Part shown: positions 19,574 through 35,403 of the stretch, one piece after another
Position numbering within the stretch: position 1 is the stretch's first letter
Layout: every line of letters starts with the position of its first letter
Assembly: GCA_020137815.1 (NCBI GenBank)
Contig: CM035358.1
Span: forward strand, 1,116,001-1,180,000
Direction: 5' to 3'
DNA length: 64,000 nucleotides
DNA from: Hormiphora californensis
Lineage: Eukaryota; Animalia; Ctenophora
The notes under the pieces: model-generated
Database searches by the model: none
What the model saw: the letters and a program-made list of their open reading frames with translations, nothing else
Told to the model about the DNA's origin: nothing
Translations under genes and position numbers: made by a program

Positions 19574-20600
19574 TATCGCGTAGTGGGGAGAGAGAGAGAG
19601 AACGAAACTTGAACTATAGAAGGGGGGAGAGAGAGAGAGTTAATCTTGAATGCGAGTGAGAGAGAAATTTTGCGGGAAATTGAGAGATATAGAGATAAAA
19701 TAGTTGCTGTTTTGTTCTCTTACTGTGAGAGAAGAAGAGAGGACTTAATAGAGGTTAAATGTAAACTATGGTTTAGTCGCTGGTATAATACCATGAGGTG
19801 GTTCGGGGGTTCGAGGGCAAGCCCAAAATCGCTCGTGAAACGAGAAGGGTGAGCTGTATAACAAAACAAAATGTCTTGCTATACAACTGAGGTAGGAAGG
19901 AAAATGGAATTGTTAATTAGTGCGTGATCGATATCGCGTAGTGGGGAGAGAGAGAGAGAACAAATCTTGAACTATAGAAGGGGAGAGAGAGAGAGTTAAT
20001 CTTGAATGCGAGTGAGAGAGAAATTTTGCGGGAAATTGAGAGATATAGAGATAAAATAGTTGCTGTTTTGTTCTCTTACTGTGAGAGAAGAAGAGAGGAC
20101 TTAATAGAGGTTAAATGTAAACTATGGTTTAGTCGCTGGTATAATACCATGAGGTGGTTCGGGGGTTCGAGGGCAAGCCCAAAATCGCTCGTGAAACGAG
20201 AAGGGTGAGCTGTATAACAAAACAAAATGTCTTGCTATACAACTGAGGTAGGAAGGAAAATGGAATTGTTAATTAGTGCGTGATCGATATCGCGTAGTGG
20301 GGAGAGAGAGAGAGAACAAATCTTGAACTATAGAAGGGGAGAGAGAGAGAGTTAATCTTGAATGCGAGTGAGAGAGAAATTTTGCGGGAAATTGAGAGAT
20401 ATAGAGATAAAATAGTTGCTGTTTTGTTCTCTTACTGTGAGAGAAGAAGAGAGGACTTAATAGAGGTTAAATGTAAACTATGGTTTAGTCGCTGGTATAA
20501 TACCATGAGGTGGTTCGGGGGTTCGAGGGCAAGCCCAAAATCGCTCGTGAAACGAGAAGGGTGAGCTGTATAACAAAACAAAATGTCTTGCTATACAACT
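19574..20600. repeat. Tandem array of about 2.9 near-identical 356-bp units
   Basis: Units start tatcgcgtagtgggg at 19574, 19932 and 20288; identical 68-aa ORFs at 19646, 20002 and 20358. Confidence 0.97.
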
Positions 20601-20844
20601 CATTATGATGTCTTGATGGTTATAAAAAGTGGCAACCTAACTTGATGTGAAGGGGAGGGGAGGGGGGTTGAATGTCGTTACTCGACCAATACAATCCAAA
20701 TTGCCATTTCAGTCAATAACAATATTAGTTGGCTGCTATCTAGACTTATTGGTACTGTTATTATTAATGCAGGGGAGTGTTATTGAGTTTTCCTAGATCT
20801 ACAGTGTATATTGTCTATCTTCTTCTCTCTCTCTTCTTCTATCA

Positions 20845-20967
<123 letters not shown>

Positions 20968-21117
20968 CTGATATAAATACAGCCTTGCACTACACTTTAG
21001 GCAATTACCTGACCTTGCAGATATACACACTTCCCAAAGAAACACATGCTTTTTGTATCCTCCTCTCTCTTTCTCTCTGTCTGTCTTTCTCTTTCCCTCT
21101 CTATTTCTGCAAATTAA

Positions 21118-22388
21118 GGGTACACCTCGGCAAAATTTTTGTCGAGTGCCCGCTTAGCTCTTCATATGGGGTTGTAGGGCATACCAAGCCGACCTCAAAT
21201 ATGCAATTTTAGCCCTTAACTCGAATTCATATTTTTGCTACAGCCCCTCAAAGTTTGACCCTAAAAACAGGTTTTTAAGGTCCCTAAATTTTATTTTTAG
21301 GGCTAGAAAGCTGAAAATTTAGGGATTCATAGAGGATACCAAGGTGTATAGCTCAAACAGAAATTTTTTGAAATAGAGCTCAATTTTTTGTCTGAGACTA
21401 TTTTACTTTTTTTGACTTTGAGGCCATATTTGGACATGTTCCTATGGACCGTTAAGGCTAAAAATTGGATATTTGGTGCTCCTAACAAATGTCAAAGTAG
21501 CCACAAATTTTCAGGAGGTCCGAATTTGAAATGTGGCCTACAGGTTTCTTTTTGTAAAGCACATATTTTAGGAAAACTTAAAATGGCTATATCTCAAAAA
21601 CGGTAGGTCCTAGCGATCTAATTCCGTGTTAAATCGATTCAGCGGGTCCGATTTTGGGGGGGGGTCGTCTCTTAGACATTTTGCTCTAAGTCTAACCGTT
21701 TTTTCAGAAATCGTATTTTAAGGTTTGTACATGTTTAGCAGAAATGCTTCTAGCTAGAGCTAATCTTACCTATTTCTGCTAAACATGTACACATCTTAAA
21801 ATACGATTTCTGAAAAAACGGTTAGACTTAGAGCAAAATGTCTAAGAGACGACCCCCCCAAAATCGGACCCGCTGAATCGATTTAGCACAAAATTAGATC
21901 GCTAGGACCTACCGTTTTTGAGATATAGCCATTTTAAGTTTTCCTAAAATATGTGCTTTACAAAAAGAAACCTGTAGGCCACATTTCAAATTCGGACCTC
22001 CTGAAAATTTGTGGCTACTTTGACATTTGTTAGGAGCACCAAATATCCAATTTTTAGCCTTAACGGTCCATAGGAACATGTCCAAATATGGGCTCAAAGT
22101 CAAAAAAAGTAAAATAGTCTCAGACAAAAAATTGAGCTCCATTTCAAAAAATTTCTGTTTGAGCTATACACCTTGGTATCCTCTATGAATCCCTAAATTT
22201 TCAGCTTTCTAGCCTTAAAAATAAAATTTAGGGACCTTAAAAACCGGTTTTTAGGGTCAAACTTTGAGGGGCTGCAGCAAAAATATGAATTCGAGTTAAG
22301 GGCTAAAATTACATATTTGAGGTCGGCTTGGTATGCCCTACAACCCCATATGGAGAGCTAAGCGGGCACTCGACACCGAGGTGTACCC
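21118..22388. mobile_element. Non-autonomous foldback DNA transposon with TTAA TSD and GG termini (Kolobok-like)
   Basis: TTAA|GGGTACACCTCGG ... CCGAGGTGTACCC|TTAA. Arms about 625 bp, loop about 26 nt (21746-21771), a few substitutions and a 9-nt indel near the left end. Confidence 0.87.
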
Positions 22389-22898
22389 TTAAGCATTTAT
22401 TGCCGATCTTCTAACTTATTACTAAACCATTCTACTTCTGATCACTCTCTCTCTCTCTCTCTCTTCATATATCATGGATTTCTACTTAAACGAGGATATT
22501 TTTGAACTCTGATATAATCCATTTCATCAGATTGGCTGGAATGATAAAAGATAATTATGGCCAATGGTCAAATTGTGGTCGCAATGACAATATATTATAT
22601 CTCAAAGACTATTTTAATAGACCAAATAAAATACTCACTCCGCACTTTCATTATCCAGAAAGTATGGGGGAGGGCCCTGGGTTCACGATCACCTAATCAT
22701 CTCCAATTTTCATCTCCAATGTTCACGATTCGCCATAAATAATCTCTCCAATTTCATTGGCTCATTGCCAGCCCCTATTATAAACTCCTCTTGGTCCTAA
22801 ATTCAGATATATCCATTCTTCTATCGATAGGTGTGAGAGTAATGAATTTAGGGCCAGTTACAGATGACCATTTACCCCCGACCACCTCCCATTTCAGA

Positions 22899-23325
22899 TC
22901 CAGTCAATGGACCTGCTGTTTGACAGGGACGCTGCCGCCTGGCAGGGTATTGTTATCAAGTTCCATATGTTCCAGTTTGCCCGGGTCGTACCACCCTCTG
23001 TCATCACCAAGGTCATGCAGCTTGTTCCTGTAACAAAGGTGAGTCAAACAAATACTGTCAAACATCTCGGTTTACAGGACCCCTGATATTTTGTATTGTT
23101 GGTTCCATTATTCACACCAGAATTGTGTGGGAGGGAGATATTTTTCTGACTCCCACAGATCTTCAGATTGGTTAACCGTGATCCTCCTTTTTCAGTACAA
23201 GACAATATTAGAGAGCTCCTGTCGACTAAAGTACTGTCCTTCATTTGATGCTGAGAAGTGTGGTGATGTTCCTGTCATGTTGTTTACCGGGTATCCCAGC
23301 CCCAACACTCCTTGCAGTATTGAAG
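22899..23325 (+). CDS. Possible Cys-rich exons (perhaps a continuation of the Sushi gene); frame unresolved
   Basis: Splice-like sites (AG|GTGAGT at 23039, ACAG acceptor at 23077, AAG|GTACAG at 23326) and Cys-rich translations, but no consistent phase chain. Confidence 0.25.
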
Positions 23326-23732
23326 GTACAGCCTGGTCCCCGATTTACCGAGATGCGTGGTGTATCGGAAAACCGGGGCCCGGTAAATTCAGGTGCCATC
23401 ATATTATTTGAGATGTATTTTTGTAATTTTGGGTTGGTTGATTCTGGGTTGATGGAAGGTTTCATCCAAAATCTCCTATTTTGCCGACATGAGCCTTTTT
23501 TTCTCCCACAATTTTAGTTACCATTACGATTGCAATTTACAGTTACTACCGATATAATCACCTTCACTGTATCTTTTTTCTCTATCTTTCTATCTTTTTT
23601 CTCTCTGTCTCTTCCTGCACCGTCATTTTCCCACGAAGCAACCTATCGCCTATCACCCACAACCAATTTATAGCACTATATATTCAACCACCGCGAATTT
23701 TATTTAGCTGTAACTTTTGCTGGTAACACCAG

Positions 23733-23801
<69 letters not shown>

Positions 23802-23911
23802 TTCTCTATCTCTCTCTTTCTTTCTCTCTCCGATATATGACGTACCCCAAATAAAAGTTGTCGACTGTACATAATAATTGCAATAACTGTGCTTTTTGCT
23901 CAATATCACGT

Positions 23912-23982
<71 letters not shown>

Positions 23983-24752
23983 GTGAGAGGAGGCACCAGG
24001 AAGCACTTAACTGACTGTAATAAACAGTAATAAAAACAACAAGAACATCACCTCCAGTAGTATATCTCGTCATGTCTGCAGAAATACTAATAGAGAGAGT
24101 GAAAGAGAGAGAGGGCTAGAATAAGAGAGGGAAAGTGAAGCAGTGTCTGCAAAAATACCGATTTAAAGAGAGGGGGAAAAGAAGTGATAGTAATTGATAT
24201 ATTAGTTTCGGACTGGTAATATAGTTCCTTAGAACATTGTGTTCAACTGTTACCATGGCAACCCATGATTCTGGAGGGAGAAAGAGAGAGGGAGGGGATT
24301 ATAAAAAAGGGAATGCAGCAGATGCATGATCGAATTATTTGGAAATTATTGGGAGAATCCTATGAAGAGCTGAAAGCAAAATTGAAAAATGTAGGTTCCA
24401 TAAATTTGTCCCCATCAGTTAGCCACGTGTGTATAATTTGCGTGTATAATTTTTTGTAGTGGGAGGTTATGTCACCAACCATTAGCTGTACATTACAGTG
24501 GCTTTTGGGTGTATGGTACACCCCCCAAAAGCCACGGATACACGAAAATGTCTGAACTTTCTAACTTTTGAATATTTTTTCGTCTTTTATAGGTTTGATA
24601 CATCTTTCGGAGTTTACAACATGACACGTATATCGTGTGGATACTTATAATCAATATGAACTAGCATAAGTAATGACTAATGACCTTGCAATTTGTCGTT
24701 TACACACTCTCACTTTCGCAACTGACTATCACATCCTCTCTCTGATCTCTCT

Positions 24753-24799
<47 letters not shown>

Positions 24800-27454
24800 C
24801 TCTCTCTCTCTCCTCTCTCTCTACTGAAGTTAGACATGAACTGACTCTTCCTGGTATCTATCCAGACTAGCTACTACTCAAAATATCTCACTATTTCTCT
24901 CTCCCTCTCTCCGTGCTCAAAATATCTCCTACTCTCACTCAAAATATCTCACTCTTCCACCGTCCAGATCTACACGACAATATCCCGCGTGTCATGTTGT
25001 TGCAGACGACATTCTTGTTTAGCAATCTCTGAAGACCCAATTAAGCCAATTATAAACCCATTTTGTGGCACGTGCACATGTACACAAATCTGCTACTACT
25101 GCAGTGCTGATGTGATCGCATCATGACGCCGAGTTTGGATGATTTTCCAAGAAACTGGTGAGCTCCATCATCATCGTGGCCTTGGTAAAGCTAATTTGGG
25201 TCTATATGTGATCATGGCCCGATCATGTTAATGTCTGCTCTTCGGAAATCGGATTTAGGGATTAAAATAAGAAGTGTAAATTGATGTGTATACACGTGTG
25301 TACGGAGAGAGATTGATTCGATTGTTAGTAGGACAGAAGAGAAAGGGCATTCACAACTGCTGCTCCCCAAGTCTTGCATGCAGTGTTACATACACGAGAG
25401 TCTTACAGACAGTATGAGATACACAGAAAGGCAGAAAGAAACAGCTTGGAAAACGGCCAAATTGTCGACCAAGTTTTGTCATTGATTGTCAGATATTTTA
25501 TCTACCCCTTTTTACGTGAACTGAAGGACCATTGAATATTTCGTATAACGACAGAACACACTTGGTTAGATCGTATCCGGTAAATTATCTTATATGGCTT
25601 CATAACTATCAGTAACCAAAGAATCAGTTATAAAATGCCTAGGAAAGTCGACCGACCTAGATCACTTATCCAATTTGAAGCATATTGTAAAGATATGATA
25701 TTGGTCATTGGTTGTGGCTAGGGATGTTGGAAGAAATCCAGGACGATAAAACCTATAGTGATCGGGTTTGAGGTTTTTTGTTGTTGAGGAAACCACAAAA
25801 TGTAACGTGGCCTGGTAAGTGGTCTGTCCGGCTAACATGATCTAAAGAATCAACCCCTCTGAAAATAGTTAAGTCTATATTTGGGTTGTAATTTAGGTAT
25901 TTTTAGTGCTCCCAATAATCAATCATTGATTAAAAATCAGTTTGCGGTGGGGGTCTGTATTAAACTCGGGGCATGGCCATGGGCATTAATTGGTGCTATT
26001 TTAGAGACATGAGAGATTGTGAAATGAGGGATTGTGAGACCCCATGCAGTAATCATAGTTAGCATCACAAATAGCATCTGGGGCAGCAGCTGCCGACATT
26101 TTAAAATTGTTTCTGGTGAGAGGGTTTTTCAACGAATAAGGAAAAATTTTGTCGTCTTTACTCTCTCTCTCTCTCTCCTCTCTTTTTTTTCTTCTCTCCT
26201 TTTCCCCTCTCTCGCCCTCTCTCTCTCCCCCTTCTTTTCCCCTTCTTTTTTCTCCCTTCTTCTCCTCCTCTCTCTCTCTCTCTCTCTTTCTCCTCTCTTT
26301 TCTCTCTCTCTTTCTCTCTCCCCTCTCTCTCTCTCTCTTCTTCTCTCTCTCTCTCTTCCCTTTTGCGAAGAGCATTTAAACTTGGGAGCAGTTTAAAAAG
26401 AACACAAATCAAATTTTTCAATGGGCCTAATTTTTTATTATTTCTCAACCTTTTCTCCCTCAAAACCCTCACCAAACCAAATTTTACGGCAATCAAATTC
26501 AGTATCAGCGAAAGAAACAATATTAACAAACCATCCTTGAAAAGACAACCTACCAACTCGACTGGGATAATGGCCGGATCCCAACACTAAAATAATCTTT
26601 CAAGAAAGAAGCTGCCCCATTGCCCCCTCTTTTTTTCGTTTTTTAATTTTCCCCAACCGTTTTACCCTTCCCATAAGGGAAATGTGGGAGTACGGGCTCC
26701 AAACCCAAAAAGCAGGGTGGATCAACCAGTAATAAAGGGAGAGCCAGACCACCTGTGTCTCAGAAAGGTCTCCGTCCAGCAACCACCCTTCTTTGAAAGT
26801 GGGGGGTTAGGCGATCGGTATTGGTTGGGTGGGATGGGGGGGGGGGGGGTTCGAAAAGTTATGTGCTGCAATTAAATGGAAATTCCATGGAGGAATTATG
26901 GGATCTCAAATCTAGAGAGGTGGTAGTTTTCATTTTGTTGAACAGCGCGAGAGTTATAAATTCAGAGCCTCCATATTTTCCCAAGCACGTTTTTTTTGAT
27001 AAAATTCCCGGATAAATGATGATGATTGACTTTAATTTATTAGGTACCCACTCGAACAAAAGAAACAAAACTTCTTTCCAACTTTAAAATTTAATTTTGC
27101 ACCACAAAAAACATTTTTTTGCGTGGTCATTCGATTAGAGAGATTGGAGTGGCAAAAACATTTCTGTAGAATTTTTTCCCAAAAAATTTTTAACCAAAAA
27201 AAATAATTTTTGTTGGGTGTTTAAACCACGAGGAAAAAATTCCCTTTTGACGGTGATTCAATGGAAATGTCTGTGTCTTGGTAAAAAGGCCTTTTAAAAA
27301 AATTAAAAATTTTGGGGCTTCTTTTCAAAAAGGGGGTTTGCGGGGGTTTCATGGGCCATGGTATTAGAAAGAAAGGGCAAATTTTGGGAGGGGTTTGAGA
27401 GAGGGGAAGAGAGGGAAATCTCTCTAATACAGAGAGAGAGAGAGAGAGAGAGAC

Positions 27455-27524
<70 letters not shown>

Positions 27525-27550
27525 AAGAAAATGATAAGTGATGAAGACCA

Positions 27551-27901
27551 TGTGGTCTAGAATCTCTGTCGTTGACAAGTTCATATTAGCGGCCCAGAAT
27601 GTGATATACCACAAGCTGTAGTTGTACCAATTATCCATGGAACTGAGATATGATGTAGTGCGGTGGGGGCAGAGAGAAGGGGGTAGCAGAGAGAAGGGGG
27701 TAGCAGAGAGAAGGGGGTAGCAGATGAGGTATCAACCACTATCGGTCTTTTCGACATGTCACTCTTTCCCTGGTATACATTTCTGTGTGTCAATGATTGA
27801 CCTGTAACTTGCATGGCACAAATGGGAATATTCTGGAGATTTAGAGAGACACGGAGATACACAAATTTAGAGAAAAGGAGAGAGAGATAAAAAGCTGCCA
27901 A
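27551..27901 (-). CDS. Putative 5' exons of an unidentified gene
   Basis: ATG at 27901 and a GT-AG bounded segment SMDNWYNYSLWYITFWAANMNLSTTEILDHM; downstream sequence is garbled. Confidence 0.25.
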
Positions 27902-28466
27902 TTTGGTTGTTAAACCGTCACACTATTTTGCACACACATAAATTTGCTTTTATTTTCTCTACCAGTCGTCTCTATTTAGCAACTGCGTGTAGTTGGGTAT
28001 ATATCAACCCATTATTATGCACAGTTAATTTACCACCAAACAGAACATTTTGCGGATGTATTTTTCGACAAATTAATGGCCTTCTATTATAAAATTTTGT
28101 CCTTCTCTTACTCTTTCACTCGTCAATGCACAACTGTGCGGGTTTCCAAACCACTTCCTAGCTCATTATAGGCAGCCACAATAAAACTTTTTTGTAAAGC
28201 CTAAATAAATTCTGCATGAAAGGTCGAGACAGTGACATGGTCCACCAATTTTGACGCTCGGTAAATTGTATCTGGTGCTGGAATTTTAGACGTAACGCGC
28301 GGTGCAGTTATCGTTATGAGACGGTGCGTGCGCTAAAGTTTTGTGTGGGTAAATGCGCGCACGATCCAGCGGCAACAACTGTGCGTGTAAATTTGTCAAA
28401 AACTGAGACAACTTATTTGTCTTTGTGATTTGTCATAATTGGCTGATTAAATCTAATTATTTTCAG

Positions 28467-32338
<3,872 letters not shown>

Positions 32339-32432
32339 GGTTGTTGAGCGCTTGTAGTTTAGAGGGTGTGTGTTTTGTTCGTATATTTGGCATGGGTTAA
32401 ACAAATAACACAAATATAAAAAGATATTTCCG

Positions 32433-32532
32433 NNNNNNNNNNNNNNNNNNNNNNNNNNNNNNNNNNNNNNNNNNNNNNNNNNNNNNNNNNNNNNNNNNNN
32501 NNNNNNNNNNNNNNNNNNNNNNNNNNNNNNNN
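32433..32532. other. Assembly gap (100 N)
   Basis: Run of N. Confidence 1.
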
Positions 32533-33639
32533 TTTTTTTGAAAAAATTTTTTCAAAGTGAAAAATTTCGTAATTTTTCCATTTTTTGCGTACGAATCGTG
32601 TTTCGAATCGGCAATGCTATACGGGAATGGTATTGCTAATTAGCAGGATTAAACGAACCATGAATCGTGTCTCTCTAAATTTCCTAATTAGATTTGATGG
32701 GGGATCACGTATCAGCACAATCCATCTCGGACCCACTAATTACCAACATCACTCCCGTTTAGCATTGTCGATTAGAAACACGATTCGTATACCATAATTT
32801 ACTTAAAATATTTTTCACAAAAAAAATTTCACAAAATTTCAGGTAATGATTCTCAATACCTTGATCGATGCTCTCCATGAATTTTTAGAGAAACATTTAA
32901 TTTTGTGAAAAAACTTTGTAAAATATTTCAAAAAGTCAATTTCGGAAAAAAAATCTATGTCAATTTTGCCGTACGAATCGTGTTGCGAATCGGTGATGCT
33001 ATGCGGCAGTGCTCTCGCTAATTAGCAGGATTTATTGAAACATGAATCGCTTCCCCTAAACTTCCTAATCAGATTTGATGGGGGATCACGTATCAGCATA
33101 ATCCATCTCGGACCCACTAATTAGCAACATCACTCCCGCTTAGCAATACCGATTCGAAACACGATTCGTACGCAAAAATTGACATAGAAAATTTTCCATA
33201 AAATTGACTTTGAAATATTTTCCAAACTTTTTTACAAAATTTCAGAGAATGATTCTTAACACCTTGATCGGTGCTCTCCATGAATTTTTTGAAAAAAAAA
33301 GTTTCTGAATTTGTTGACCCTCTCATGAGGACACGATTCGACGGGAAGTCAGGTATCAAATCAATCCATATCGAACCCGCTAACTAGCGAAATCATTTCC
33401 ACATAGCACCACCGATTCGAAATAGGGTTAATACGGCGAAATTGACATTGAAATCCATACAATTTTCGTGAAATAATTGAAAAATTTTGCATGAAAAAGC
33501 CCGATTTCTGGGCATTTTTTGACCAAAAAATTCGGTGGTTCGGCCAAAATTTCCTACCGAACCGAACCGAACCGAATCGCCCAAAAAACACCGAATTTCC
33601 GAACCGAACCGAACCGAACCGAATATTCGGTCGCTTCCT
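32533..33639. mobile_element. Right end of a non-autonomous element with internal hairpin units and CCGAA subterminal repeats (hAT-like terminus); left end lost in the gap
   Basis: Two related units about 385 bp apart (about 32585-32790 and 32970-33175), each an imperfect inverted repeat. (ACCGA)n arrays at 33557-33622. Terminus TTCGGTCGCTTCCTG resembles the end of the 59488 MITE. Confidence 0.55.
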
Positions 33640-34299
33640 GGTAAATCATTACTCGAATCGGTTTAACACCTGTACCAAATAATCAGGAAACATATTTTCT
33701 TATTTTCCTGCATACTTAGCAGTTAGCTCTCTCTCTCTCTCTATCTCTTTCTATCTCTTTCACTCTCTTTCTTTCTTTCTTTCTCCATATCTCTCTCTCT
33801 ATCTCTCTCTCTCTCTTCCTCATCCCTGGATTGCATAATCAACTAATTTTGAGTATGTGAGAAACACGCACAAACCCACTGAAAGTTAGCTGGAGATTTG
33901 GCTTGCTCGAACCCTCTTTTCCGAGAAACTAGACAAACCGTTCTCAGGGCCTAGTTTCATTATGGGCAATTGGAAATATACTAAATTGTAGGACGCTACT
34001 GCATAATCAAACTATGTGTCTGTATCATAGGCCCGGTTCGGTAAGGGCAATCTTTAGTGATCAGTAATGCACAAACTGTACAACAATATTATTCGACTCC
34101 CAGATTTGAGGTTTTTATCTTTATGAAGTAATGCTTCAGGAGCAGTCATGAGGATACTCGAGCAATAGATTCCACTGTCAAACTGTACACTGAATCAAGA
34201 AACACGAACATTGAATCAACTTAACTAGCCCCACCCCTTTTTGATTATAGCTGATCAAATACACTTGATCAGAGGAGGCTAAGTTAGAACCGCACCGAC

Positions 34300-34470
34300 G
34301 ATAACACAAAGTACTTGATTGTAATGTACATTGTGTATACACTATACATTTAGTACTTGATCGGATGTACATTGTGTATACATTTAGTACATGATTGGAA
34401 TGTACATTGAATATACATTTAGTACATGATCGGATGTACATTGTGTATACATTTAGTACATGATTGTACA
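34300..34470. repeat. About 29-bp tandem repeat (atgtacattgtgtatacatttagtacatg), about 5 copies
   Basis: Directly visible, just downstream of an FCHO exon donor. Confidence 0.85.
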
Positions 34471-34483
34471 CGATGTTCCAAAC

Positions 34484-35112
34484 CTGTTAAACTCAATATC
34501 AACCAGTTCATCCTCTCCAATGGTTATCCTGACAATCCTACTAGCTGATTTGCTACTAGAAGAACTCCTAACACTCTCCTGTCTCTCCATAGGAGCTGGA
34601 CGGGGTGGTCTAGGTGGCCGTGATATCGCTCCCACGGTATAACTCCGCCGTGACCCAGAGGGAGTGCCCGGGGGCGAGGGAGGGTTTGAAGAGGAGGGGG
34701 AGACTGAATCTCGGAGTCGTTGGAGAACGGGGCTTACCAGAGATGTTGGATCTCTAGTGGAGAGGGATGTATGAATTGATACTTGATAGAGAGGGAGATC
34801 ATAAGATATTTAGAGTATGTGGTCAGTTTGTTGGTACAATTATCTTCATTAATATATTCATATTTTTCGGTGCGATGTGAAATTGAAGAATATTATTTCT
34901 CTTTCTTTCTATCTTCGTCAATCCTCTCTTTTCTCTCCTTTCTCTGTATTTAAGTACATTTCTCTTTCTCTCTTTCTCTCTATTGCCCAGCGCCTTCATC
35001 CAGTACATGTCTCACTATTTAATCTTAGGCCAAAGTTAACGATGAGGCAGAACGTACACACATATGGTGGTCCAGGTACTTTCTAATCACCTTGGAGCAT
35101 CAAAGAGAGAGG

Positions 35113-35201
<89 letters not shown>

Positions 35202-35342
35202 GGAGAGAGAGAGAGAGAGAGAGGGGGGGAGTATGCCAGTGATTACTCCATCTGGTGCCTCCTACACGCATGAGCTTTACAGATGTGAGTGAAAATATTC
35301 AGAACCCGTTATATAGTCAGCCTTACTCTATTTTAATAACCA

Positions 35343-35403
<61 letters not shown>

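Noticed and set aside
19574-20600. CRISPR-like array or triplicated 68-aa gene
   Set aside because: Units are identical throughout with no unique spacers, the context is eukaryotic, and the ORF starts at TTG with no recognisable domain. I also saw no hammerhead core (CTGANGA..GAAA), so a Penelope pLTR/retrozyme is unsupported.
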